A DNA stretch of 63,888 nucleotides, counting the filler, from Octopus bimaculoides (Eukaryota), in assembly GCF_001194135.2 (NCBI RefSeq). It is 7 parts of 7 records of this genome, joined end to end, with 100 filler letters (N's around TTAATTAATTAA, not from the genome) between each part and the next. Parts side by side here need not be neighbours in the genome. Positions count along the whole stretch, not along the records: positions 1 to 19,308 come from NC_068999.1; 6 more parts are not named here. One strand, 5' to 3'. Shown piece after piece: positions 1 through 10,684 of this stretch. The position numbers and the translations under genes were made by a program. Position 1 is the first letter of the stretch. Each line of letters opens with the position of its first letter. A model generated the notes under the pieces. It was not told the origin of the DNA and did no database searches. It was given only the letters and a program-made list of their open reading frames with translations.

Positions 1-82
1 TTATTGTTATTGTTATTGTTATTGTTATTGTTATTGTTATTGTTATTGTTATTGTTATTGTTATTATTATTATTATTATTAT
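1..82. repeat. (TTATTG)n/(TTA)n microsatellite
   Basis: Direct reading. Confidence 0.95.
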
Positions 83-83
83 C

Positions 84-291
84 AAGGCGGCAAGCTGGCA
101 GAATCGTTAGCGCGCCGTACGAAATGCTTAGTGGCATTTCGCCCGTCGCTACATTCTGAGTTCAAATTCCGCCGACTTTAACTTTCATTCTTTCAGGGTC
201 AATAAAATAAGTACCAGTTGAAAACTAGGGTCGATGTAAATCGACTCATCTCTACCTCCAAATTTGCTGCTCTTGTGGCAAAATTTGAAAC

Positions 292-358
<67 letters not shown>

Positions 359-360
359 AT
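84..360 (+). mobile_element. tRNA-derived SINE family A (octopus OR1/Meta-core-like) with (ATT)n tail
   Basis: Head GGCGGCAAGCTGGCAGAATCG, B-box-like GAGTTCAAATTCC, core CTTTCATTCTTTCAGGGTCAATAAAATAAGTACCAG, (ATT)n tail 293-360. At least 9 similar copies in the window. Family name is from recall only. Confidence 0.85.
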
Positions 361-582
361 AAGGCGGCGAGCCGACAGAATCGTTAGCGCACTGGACGAA
401 ATGCTTAGCGATATTTCGCCCGTCGCTACGTTCTGAGTTCAAATTCCGCCGAGGTCGACTTTACCTTCCATCTTTTCGGTGTCGATAAAATAAGTACCAG
501 TTGACAACCGGGGTAGATGTGATTGACTCATCCCTTCCCGCCAAATTTCTGCACTTGAAGCAAAATCTGAAACCATTATTAT
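361..582 (+). mobile_element. SINE family A, second tandem copy
   Basis: Same head, core and tail as 84-292; starts directly at the end of the previous (ATT)n tail. Confidence 0.85.
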
Positions 583-1648
583 CTTTATTTCATATACGCA
601 CAATAGTTTAAACTGATAGAAAAGAAAAATTCCTAACATCGGGCTACAATAATCTTAGATGCTAAGAACCTTCTTAAGTATTCTGGCTGTCCCTAATAAT
701 ACTGTTTTCTGGAGCTGCACTAAACTAAATTTTATGCCTATTTCCTCTATTCATCAGTTCAAATCTGTTTGGGATAGTTCCTAATGCACCTATAACTACT
801 GGGATAAATTTTACCCGCACTTTCCATAGCCTCAGTATCTCAATGGCTAGGTCCTGGTACTTTGCTATTTTCTCTTTACCTCTCATATTGACTTTCTCAC
901 CATTTACGACTGCAAAGTCTATTACCTGGAACTTTCTATTCTCTTTGTTTACTTTTACTAAATCAGGCTTTCTAGCTTCTATTACTCTGTCAGTCTGAAT
1001 GTTAAAATCCCTCAATCTATATTTCTTACTCTTCAGCACTTTACTAGGTTCATGTTCATACTACTTATCAGTATGATCAAATCCTAGCTTTCTGTATAAC
1101 TCCCAGTGGATTACTCTTCTTAGGTTGTCATGTCTTTTCTTGTATTTTTTTCTGTGACAGCATGCTACATTCGCTTACTCTATGAGTAACACTTTCCTAT
1201 TTTGATGTACATAACCTACATTGGGAATCTACCTGGCCTTTTCCCCATTAGTCCTCAATGCTTGATCTCGTGTTGCGACTAACAAACTTTCTGTCTCTCT
1301 TTTCAGCTTTCCTTTCTGCAACCATTACCATGTCTCACTATTACTATTTCCTTAAACTATCTTTAGGAATCTGCCATGCAAAGCCTTCTCTTGCCAGTCA
1401 GATATTCCTACCTCTTATTTTTAGCTTTTAATTTCATTTGGCTTTTAGGTTTCCCCGTCTTCTACTGCTGCTCTACTACCTCTTCATAAGATTTATTCAC
1501 TGTTACCTACATAGGAAGCTATATGTACTCTAGCTAACTCCACGCAGTCTTCTACTAATATTAACCTTCTAATATCTTCCTTTCAAGGTAAGTATAATCT
1601 TGCTAATCCTGCTCTTGGGTGACGTCCTCCATTCATATGGAATTCCTG
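583..1648 (-). mobile_element. 5'-truncated R4/Dong-like non-LTR retrotransposon (RT C-terminus, CCHC finger, RLE endonuclease)
   Basis: ORF 725-1039 has DFNIQTDRVIEARKPDLV...VIDFAV...KIAKYQDLAIEILRLWKVRVKFIPVVIGALGTIP (PD-(D/E)xK RLE). Upstream are degenerate H.RAGLARLYLP and RHDNLRRVIHWEL. 3' end abuts a TAA tract. Confidence 0.85.
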
Positions 1649-2217
1649 TTATTACCTCAGTCTTCGCGAAGGCGGAGGTATTGTTTTCTGTCGTTTGTTT
1701 GTTTATATGTATATATATGGACAAGATATCTCAAGAAACGCTGGATGGATTCGGATGAAACTTTCAGAGAAGTTTGACCTTGTGACTAGCACGGTCTCAT
1801 TAGATTTTGGGATCGATCAGCTATCGGACAAGGATTCTGGATTATTTTTCTACTTTACACGTATATGTAAAGTTTCACTTAGTTCTCTTGTACATGCACA
1901 CATATACACACGTATACTCACACATTTTCAGCGTTTAAACATTACCATTCCACTTCCATTGTACACACACACACGCGCACAAACATACCTCTCATTTATA
2001 CACACATATGCTCGCACTTCAAACGCCGTGTATCGGCTTTGTCACTCCTTTCGCTATTCGTCTATCACCCCTTCCTTTCTCATTCATACGACGCTCTCTC
2101 TCCCACTTCGTTTCTTTCTCAATGTCATTACTTTCTCTCACTCCCTTTCAGTCACTATTTCACCTTCACTGCATTAGTATTTCATCTCCTCTCCCTTCAC
2201 CTCTTAATACCTAATTT

Positions 2218-2608
2218 AGTTACTGTTAATACCTAATTTAGAGAATTAACATTGCTTGTTTTCACTTTTTCGATATCAGTGAAGAATTTCACTGGAAAAA
2301 GGTACATAAGGTTGCCAAGAATTTATCTCTCTCATCGCAGATCGGTGGCTATCGGACGCTGACGAAGGGAAATAACCCTGAAACCCGGGTCCGTCCGTGC
2401 TACAGATCACGATGAGAGGGATAACTTCCCTTGGCAAAACAAACAAGACACAGAAGTTTGTCGATAAGCCAGCTGGAGGAGATGTCCTCCTGGGGCTAAA
2501 AGCAACAGTAACATCCACCCCTAGGGGTCAGCCACATTTAAGTGGCAATATACTTCACTTTATCGTGCAGTTACTGTTAATACCTAATTTAGAGAATTAA
2601 CATTGCTT
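2218..2608 (+). mobile_element. Retrozyme-like unit: 351-nt HHR-containing monomer plus 40-nt terminal redundancy
   Basis: AGTTACTGTTAATACCTAATTTAGAGAATTAACATTGCTT is identical at 2218-2257 and 2569-2608. The interior carries a canonical HHR and several hairpins. Confidence 0.7.
2353..2397 (+). ncRNA. Type I hammerhead ribozyme, canonical core
   Basis: Stem I CGGACG/CGTCCG; CTGACGA; stem II AGGG-AAATAA-CCCT; GAAA; minimal stem III C-CCGG-G with palindromic loop; GTC cleavage triplet (C2391). Confidence 0.9.
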
Positions 2609-2830
2609 ATATATATATATATAATTGGATTATTTTTCGTTTGAGAACGCTCGGGTTCATTCTTAGCATTCTCGTTTGTGAGAGCAATCCAGTTTATTTA
2701 AGATAATCTCAATTTAAAAATCATCTTCGGCTAATCTTTGAGAGGACGTTCGTGCTGCCTCGACGGAGGTTTGCGCTCTCTGAGTGCTCTTGTTATTATT
2801 GTTATTATTGTTATTATTGTTATTATTAGA

Positions 2831-3044
2831 AAGGCGGTGAGCTGGCAGAATCGTTAGCACGCTGGACGAAATGCTTAGCGGTATTTCGCCCGTCGCTCCG
2901 TTCTGAGTTCAAATGCCGCCGAAAATGACTTTGCCTTTCATCCTTTCAGGGTCGATAAATTAAGTACTAGTGAAACACTGGGGTCGATGTAATCGACTAG
3001 TCCTCTTCCCCCAAAATTCAGGCCTTGTGTTTATTGTAGAAAGG
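2831..3044 (+). mobile_element. SINE family A
   Basis: Same head and core; tail GGCCTTGTGTTTATTGTAGAAAGG then (ATT)n. Confidence 0.85.
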
Positions 3045-3230
3045 ATTATTATCATTATTATATTTAAATATTCATGTAAATACTCGTGATTAAAGATCTC
3101 CCAAGAAAATTATTTTCTTACATTATCCGATAGACAATAAATTTTTATCGTCACTTTAATTGTGGACTATTTAATTAAATCTTTCAGTTTATTCATCCGT
3201 ATGCAGAAGAAAAGTTCGTTCTTTTGCTAA

Positions 3231-4092
3231 ACATTCACTGCTTTCTTTGTTCCTGTTTCAAAATGGCAACCGCAGCGCGAAAGGAAAGGGATTGCTAGTC
3301 CAATTAGTAATAGGGGTTACAGTGTTGGAAACGATATATACACCCATTACATTTTCAAATACAAAATCAAACTTTTTAAGACAGACAATATGACAATTAA
3401 ACCACAAAACCTTCTAGTATTAATATCAACACTTACACAGCAAAACTCTACAAAAGCAGCGAAAACCTTAATTAACACTGATAATATCTTGTGTTATGGT
3501 TTCGCCACAAGGCACTCGAGCTACATATTGCGTCAACAAGAAACCAGTAGCTAGCGGCGAGCTGGCAGAGATACCGCGAAGCATTTCGCCGAGCGAAATG
3601 TCTAGCGTTTATTTCGTCTGCCGCGACTTTCTGAGTTCAAATTTCGCCGAGGTCGACTTTGCCTTTTATCATTTCGGGGTTGATTAAATAAGTACCAGTT
3701 ACGCACTGGGGTCGATATAATCGACTTAATCCGTTTGTCTGTCCTTGTTTGTCCCTTCTATGTTTAGCCTCCTGTAGGCAATAAAGAAAACAGAAACCAG
3801 TAACCGTACCTTTAATATGTCAGACACCATCTTTGGGTCTGCGCTTGCCTGTAACCATGGCAATGACGGAAATTACCTCAAGTGACAATTTCGTTTACTG
3901 GAAAAGATTATCATCCTCCTCAAAGATGAAAATGGACAAAACACTAACTACGACTTACTATGTATTTGTTTGTATGATAAATATCTGCCTAAAAATTATA
4001 AGCAAGACCCACCTCAATCAAATCCAAACCATTACGATAAAGGCTGGAGAGTAAACCAAAGACGCTTCGTAAGTAACCCACAATCCGTATAA
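3231..4092 (+). pseudogene. SINE-interrupted ~200-codon reading frame, possibly a decayed ORF1 of a non-LTR element
   Basis: Removing SINE 3550-3791 and one copy of TSD AGAAACCAGTA gives one frame 3231-4092 with a single internal TGA (3883). An AAAATGGC start at 3263 lies one frame off. No family motif recognised. Confidence 0.4.
3550..3791 (+). mobile_element. SINE family A, long-tail variant with 11-bp TSD
   Basis: TSD AGAAACCAGTA at 3539-3549 and 3792-3802; tail TTTGTCCCTTCTATGTTTAGCC...GCAATAAAGAAA. Confidence 0.9.
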
Positions 4093-4125
4093 CCAACGCC
4101 TAACACACTTAACACACACACACAC

Positions 4126-4169
<44 letters not shown>

Positions 4170-4913
4170 NNNNNNNNNNNNNNNNNNNNNNNNNNNNNNN
4201 NNNNNNNNNNNNNNNNNNNNNNNNNNNNNNNNNNNNNNNNNNNNNNNNNNNNNNNNNNNNNNNNNNNNNNNNNNNNNNNNNNNNNNNNNNNNNNNNNNNN
4301 NNNNNNNNNNNNNNNNNNNNNNNNNNNNNNNNNNNNNNNNNNNNNNNNNNNNNNNNNNNNNNNNNNNNNNNNNNNNNNNNNNNNNNNNNNNNNNNNNNNN
4401 NNNNNNNNNNNNNNNNNNNNNNNNNNNNNNNNNNNNNNNNNNNNNNNNNNNNNNNNNNNNNNNNNNNNNNNNNNNNNNNNNNNNNNNNNNNNNNNNNNNN
4501 NNNNNNNNNNNNNNNNNNNNNNNNNNNNNNNNNNNNNNNNNNNNNNNNNNNNNNNNNNNNNNNNNNNNNNNNNNNNNNNNNNNNNNNNNNNNNNNNNNNN
4601 NNNNNNNNNNNNNNNNNNNNNNNNNNNNNNNNNNNNNNNNNNNNNNNNNNNNNNNNNNNNNNNNNNNNNNNNNNNNNNNNNNNNNNNNNNNNNNNNNNNN
4701 NNNNNNNNNNNNNNNNNNNNNNNNNNNNNNNNNNNNNNNNNNNNNNNNNNNNNNNNNNNNNNNNNNNNNNNNNNNNNNNNNNNNNNNNNNNNNNNNNNNN
4801 NNNNNNNNNNNNNNNNNNNNNNNNNNNNNNNNNNNNNNNNNNNNNNNNNNNNNNNNNNNNNNNNNNNNNNNNNNNNNNNNNNNNNNNNNNNNNNNNNNNN
4901 NNNNNNNNNNNNN

Positions 4914-4964
<51 letters not shown>

Positions 4965-5446
4965 CATACATACATACATGCGTACATACATACATACATA
5001 CGTACATATATACTACCACCTAACTTAACCTCAAGAACGCACAGTCATATAACGTCTGAAAAATTTATGATTTCAATTTTTGATTCTCTATTCACCTCCT
5101 GCATACATAATATTCCTCATACATTTATAATTCTTGGAACAATACTTGCATCTACATACAGTTTCTCTTACGGATTATTTTGGCAAATTTAAAAAGAAAA
5201 AGAAGGTAAGAGTACATTAAGTGGGGCGCATACCACACGCATATTTTAACGCTTCGAAATTTCGCCAAAAAATACATAATTGAAATGAACTCCCGAGCGA
5301 TTTATAATTTCCATCGAAATCTTTAAATTATTTTGTAAATCAAGTCCTCCGTGGACACGAACAATTTTTCATATATGGACATGTAAATAGTACTTACCAT
5401 AATGCAACCGTATGAATATAATCACATCTTGTTTTATCATCATTAG

Positions 5447-5768
5447 TGTTTGAGTCATCTGACTGCGGCCTTGCTGGAGTACCGGCATGAAGATTTTCGC
5501 CAAAGAAATCTCTTTTGCCGAACTGCCAAGTTACGTAGATGCAAACAAACCAACACCGACTGTTAAGCGATGAGGAAAGGACAAACACAAACGCAAAGAC
5601 ACGCACACACACACACATACATACACACGCAAATACAAACAAACACACTCACACAAACATATACAGACACACACACAGACGTGCTTCTACACAGTTTCCG
5701 TCTACCGAACTCACTCAGAAGGCATTTTCCCAACGTTCCACGCAGTAAGACTAAACCGAAAACCACGC
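5447..5768 (-). mobile_element. SINE family B (CORE-type, OR2-like), degraded
   Basis: Reverse complement of the family B tail (GACTGCGGCC.TGCTGGAG) and body (TTTCCGTCTACC), with internal CA microsatellite. Confidence 0.75.
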
Positions 5769-5871
5769 TGTAAACAAAAGCAAAAGAGAAAAACGAAAAT
5801 AAAAATCCAACAGTGTTTCTTTGGTTGATTTCTGTTCCCGCGAGAAAGTTCTTTTATCTTGTATCGTTTAT

Positions 5872-6308
5872 CCTTTACTCATCTCAGTCACCAGACTTCG
5901 ACCATGCTGGAGCACTGCCTTGAAGAATTTTAGTCGAACTCAGCAACCTCAGTACTTCTTATATCTCTGTAAAGCCTGGTGCTTATTCTATCGGTATCTT
6001 TTGCGGTGGCGTTAAGTTACAAGGATGCAAACACACAAACACCGGTTGATGGTGGTAGGGGACAAACACATGCACACACACACACACATATACACACATA
6101 CATGCACATATAAAAATGCACATGTATACATATTTATATACATATAGACAGGTTTCTTTCAGTTTCCGCCTGTCAAATCTACTCAAAAGGCTTTGGTCAG
6201 CCTGAGGCCACAGTAGAAGATATTTGCTCAAGGTGCCAGACACTGGGACTGAACTCAGAACCATGTTGTCGGGAAGAAAACCTCTTACCACACAGCCATA
6301 CTTGCGCT
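5872..6308 (-). mobile_element. SINE family B, near full length
   Basis: Head, CORE-like block (TTGCTCAAGGTGCC on +), central microsatellite and 3' module match copy 20831-21208. Confidence 0.8.
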
Positions 6309-7243
6309 TATAAGTTGTAGAAATTACGTCGGAGGTTCTTTTCTGCAAAGGCTTCCCTTAGCGAGATAATTTTGTTTAGCTTGGCAGTTACGTTTGTATT
6401 CGTGCAGCAGTTCAAGAGAATGGATAAATTAAGCCCGTTTTTTATGGTTTTTGTTCAATACAGTATAACATAAACAAACACAAACAATACACTTATCTAT
6501 GTTAACGCGCATAAATATTATATATAAATAAGGTGTACAAACAATGAATATAGAATAGAACCAAAACGCCCTATGATAAATATTCCAGTTCCTTTCAGGA
6601 ATCTCTGCTCAGAAATAATGAGAAAAAGGAAAGAGAGAGGACTTGCTGGAAGGCTTACTGCTATAGTAAAGGCGATAGGAAGGCTTCGCAAAAGTAGGGT
6701 TTAGATTAGAATTTTAGAAATGTCCATCATGCTGTAAAAGAAATTGGATGTCTTCCAATATATTCTCCTTAAGTTAATCAAGAATATAGTATTCAGAAGG
6801 AGAACCAATAAATATTCTGCATAACTAAACTCTGATACCAAACCTATAAATTCTTTAAGAAATACGTCCGTATTTGTTGACAAAACAAAATGAAAATCTT
6901 TATATAAGGTAAGCAAAGATAGTTAGACAACTTCTTACAATATAACGCCAAAGATCGGCGTATAATTCTAGCTGTCACATGCATCGATGCATGCAAACAT
7001 GCTTGTATTTGTTCGTGCGTGTGTGCACATGTAGTATGTATATATGTATGGTTGTATGTATGTATGCATGTATGTATATATGTATGTATGTATGTATTTA
7101 TGTACGTATGTATGTATGTATGCATGTATGTATGTATGCATGTATGCATGAGAGTATCTTGATCAGCCTATGAATATTTCAACCGACCGTCGTAATATGT
7201 GTGTGTGTGTGTAAATGTATGTATGTATGTATGTATGCATATG

Positions 7244-8140
7244 CGAGGGGGTGCCCAAACTAACCGGAAACGTTCACCGTTATAGTTTGGGCTTCCGCTG
7301 TTAGAAGCCACTTGATATGACCCTCAGGCACCAGTCTGCCGACCGGCGGCGTCCACTAAGGTCATACTGCCACGTTGTTTATCTTTATTTTGCAGTGCTT
7401 CTCCGCTGTTCGTCGATTTCTGCGATGGTTGAAACGAAGAAACAGCGTGCTTCCGTGAAATTCTGTTTTCTGCTGGGGGAAAACGGCGGCCGTAACAGTT
7501 TTCATGCTTTATACAGCTTACAAGGCCGCTGTCATGAGCAATACACAAGTTTATGAGTAATTTTCACGTTTTAGGAATGATCACTTATCACTTGAGGACC
7601 TACTCAGTTCAAAGCGATCGTCGGCCTCCCGAACAAATGAAAACATCATGAAAATTCATGAACTGATATTGGAAGACCGTCACCGAACAATTGACGAATT
7701 TGTTGATATGACTGGGGTGTCTTGGAGCTTCTGCTATTGAATTTTGAACAAGGAATTGTGAAAGAAAAGAGTTGTAGCAAAATTTGTGCCTCACTTGCTC
7801 ACAGAAGATCAAAAGCAGTCACGAGTGAAAGCGTGTCGTGAACTGAAAGAAGAGTTGGAAGTTGATCCAGAACTTTTTTCGAAGGTCATCACTGGTGACG
7901 AAAGCTGGTGCTGCGGAATTTGCCAATGTGGAAGTGGTGAAGAAAAAAAAAAAAAGGAGGGAGGTGTTAAAAGGCATTACTTCGCAAGAGTTCCAGGATT
8001 GCTTCGAACAATGGAAAACGCGTTTGGATCAATGCATTGCTTCAAATGGAGAATACTTTGAAGGCGATGAAAAGGTAAACATGTAAAACTAAATGAATAA
8101 AAAATATTGCAAAATTCCGATTTCTTTTGGGTAACCCTCG
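7244..8140 (+). mobile_element. Internally deleted mariner (DD34D-type) element with both TIRs
   Basis: TIRs CGAGGGGGTGCCCAAA...CCGGAA and TTCCGA...TTTTGGGTAACCCTCG-TA. Frameshifted transposase pieces KQRASVKFCFLLG, KFVPHLLTEDQKQSRV, FSKVITGDESWC, CIASNGEYFEGD. Confidence 0.9.
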
Positions 8141-8241
8141 TATGAATGTACGTATGTATGTATGTATGTATGTATGTATGTATGTATGTATGTATGTATG
8201 TATGTATGTATGCATACATACGTACGATATATATATATATA

Positions 8242-9280
8242 CGTGCGAGACTCACGTGGAATGTGACCAAATGAGGTTTAGTTTTCAACATAGTCTCACT
8301 TGGGGCCCGTGCACTTCTTCCACCGGTGCTGCAGTGCTTGAATCCAATTGGTGAAGAAGATTTCATCCTGTTGGTAAAAAAAAACAATAGTAGATATGAC
8401 GACATCATCTCTGCGATACGGGTTCCCAGCCAAGTGTTTTTCGCGTTGGGGAACAAATGATAGTTAGATGGGGCCAAATCAGAAGAAAACGAAAGATGAT
8501 CACCCAGTCCAATGCCACACTCATGCACAGCAGCCATTGAAAGCAGGGACTTTTGTGCTGGAGAATTGTCCTGATAAAGCATTCGTCAGTTTTCTTGGAC
8601 GTTTGGTCTTGACAGCCTTTCATAATTACCTCAGTAAGTAGGCATCACACTCTTTACTGATGATGTGGCCCTTTTAAAGATAATCAATAAACACAAAAAT
8701 CTGAGCTATCACCTTTCCTGCAAATGAAGCAACCTTGGTCTTGTTTGGAGCGGGTAAGGAGGGGTGTTTCTATTGCATGGACCGTCTCTTTGTCTCTGGC
8801 TCAAAGTGATGAAGCCAACACTCATTCTGGATTAGGAAACGTTTAACGAAACAAGCTGGATCTGCTTCAAACAATGTCAGATTTCCCTGTGATGTGATCA
8901 TCTTGATGCACTTTTGATCAGATGTCAGAAAACGTAGCATTCGTTGAAAAGCAACTTTCGTTATGCCAAGTTCATTGTGCAGAATATTCTCAACTCTCTC
9001 ATGGGATATGCTAATAGCACTGGCTATTTGATTTATAGTTAACCGCCTGTCATCCATCACCACCAATGGTTTCCTCGGTGTTAGCAGTTGCAGTACGTTC
9101 AGACCTTGTGTTATTTTCAAGACTCTCCCTTCTCTTAAATTCTGCCACCCACTTTTGTACCGTTGATAAAGCTTGAGATTCATCCCCTTATGTACCAACC
9201 ATGTCAGCATGAATGTCGTTGGAGACTAAACCGTTTTTCTTCTGGTACTTGACAACAACACGATGCCAAATTTTGTCGAG
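8242..9280 (-). mobile_element. Decayed mariner transposase, a different lineage (Himar1/Hsmar2-like)
   Basis: VMDDRRLTINQIASAISISHERVENILHNELG, WLHHFEPETKRRSMQ, LYQDNSPAQKSL...FSSDLAPSNYHLFPN, terminal DYVEN. Frameshifted; ends in TA at 8240-8241. Confidence 0.9.
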
Positions 9281-10214
9281 TAACTTGTGGGGTCTATGAA
9301 AGGAAAGTATTATATCACTCAAAACGTATACAACAAGGGCTAACAATAAGTCTAAAAACAAACATGGACGTTTAGCATAAACTAATGAAAATACTTTATA
9401 CCAGAAAAGGGATAAAATTCCTCAGAAGGAGTATATGTCTGTCTACTAATTGCATGGATAATCTCAGTTATTTGAAACTTTTTCAGATTTCTATATTACT
9501 GCTTCTGTTTAGTATGCAGAACACACCAGTACGATATTTCTTTCAGCCATCTTGGTAAGATATTATTGGTTTCTTCTTGTCGCTGCTGTTGTTGTTTTTG
9601 ATGATTGTGGTGATGTTGTTACTGTTGTTGTCGCGCGACATAATATTTGTTTTCTCCTTTCCAGTCTAGAAGTCAATTATTGAAGATTGTTCGATTAAAT
9701 ATTGATATTTGCCTCAATATTACACCTCAATATTGCTTTCTCTTTCGTAATATAGAGTGAAAGCGAGCTGGTAAATAGTTTGATATCCACTGAGATATTT
9801 GCCCGGTAATATTTCAATATTTACCAAGTCAAATGAATTACAAATGTATGTAATCTTTCCATATGAACAGTAATTGCATTAATTATGAAAATAACGAAAA
9901 CACACACACGTACACGCATACACACGTACGCGCAAAAATTCTTACCGTAGGCAAGGGAGATATATACCTATTATTTACTAAAATGATAAGTATAATCTAA
10001 CAATGGAATCCGATTGAAATGGAAGCCTGAACACATAATACATGGAAGACATCTGCAAAAAAATAGGGCCAGATATGAAGTAGATAAGGGACTGTCATAG
10101 AAGCACAACTTTCGGCAATATTAATGTTCTTCGTTTTAATAAATCAAAAGTTTGGTCATGTGTTTGCGTTATCTGTCTTTATGTGTAGAAATATTTCTGG
10201 TTAACAAGTTCATT

Positions 10215-10385
10215 TTGTAATCATGAGGTCACACGTTTGATCCTATGTTAGGACACCTTAAGCAAGTATCTTCTACCGTTCTGTCACTACCTTGTGACAA
10301 CCGAAATCATGTGAAGGAAATTGGGTAGGCAAAAACTTTGCAGAAGACCGTCGTATGAATTGTACCCGTAATTCAAAGGTCAACA
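10215..10385 (+). mobile_element. Degraded CORE-type SINE variant (tail TGTACCCGTAATTCAAAGG)
   Basis: ACACCTTAAGCAAGTATCTTCTAC core; a similar tail occurs at 26745-26765. Confidence 0.5.
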
Positions 10386-10477
10386 TTGTCACAGACCCAA
10401 TCTCTAATACTGATTTGTCCCTAAGAATCACTTGATTCTTGTGTTTGTGCAATACTCAGACATACACAGTATAATGG

Positions 10478-10678
10478 TACAAGGCCAGCAATTTTAAGGG
10501 TAGAGGTGAGTCGTATATATCAACTCTGATATTTGACTGGTTTTTATTTTATTGACCCCGAAAGGATGAAGGACAATGTTGACCTCGCCAGGATTTGAAC
10601 ACAGAAACTAAAGAACTTGAAGAAATGCCGCTAAGCACTTTCTCCAATGCTCAAATGATTCTGCCCGTTCGCCACCTT
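10478..10678 (-). mobile_element. SINE family A
   Basis: Reverse complement of the family A core (GACCCCGAAAGGATGAAGG) and head (CTGCCCGTTCGCCACCTT). Confidence 0.8.
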
Positions 10679-10684
10679 CATATG

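Larger units (their letters stand above)
1649..2792 (+). mobile_element. Non-autonomous Helentron-like (HINE/DINE-type) element interrupted by a 775-bp insertion
   Basis: 5' near-palindrome TACCTCAGTCTTCGCGAAGGCGGAGGTA (1653-1680) followed by a GTTT microsatellite. 3' GCCTCGACGGAGGT subterminal repeat and terminal stem-loop GCGCTCTCTGAGTGC. TT flanks. Insert 1851-2625 bounded by a 13-bp direct repeat. Confidence 0.6.

Noticed and set aside
2218-2608. Direct repeats as CRISPR or LTR-retrotransposon LTRs
   Set aside because: Only two repeats, no cas genes, no TG..CA ends, PBS or PPT; the interior is a ribozyme-bearing non-coding unit.
4018-5019. Long ORFs here and at 15105, 28197, 36051, 39189, 43009, 62204
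   Set aside because: They read through N-gaps and dinucleotide repeats.
6600-6916. Short frames (MRKRKERGLAGRLTAIVKAIGRLRK; ORF 6701-6916) as exons
   Set aside because: No recognisable domain and inconsistent splice phases.
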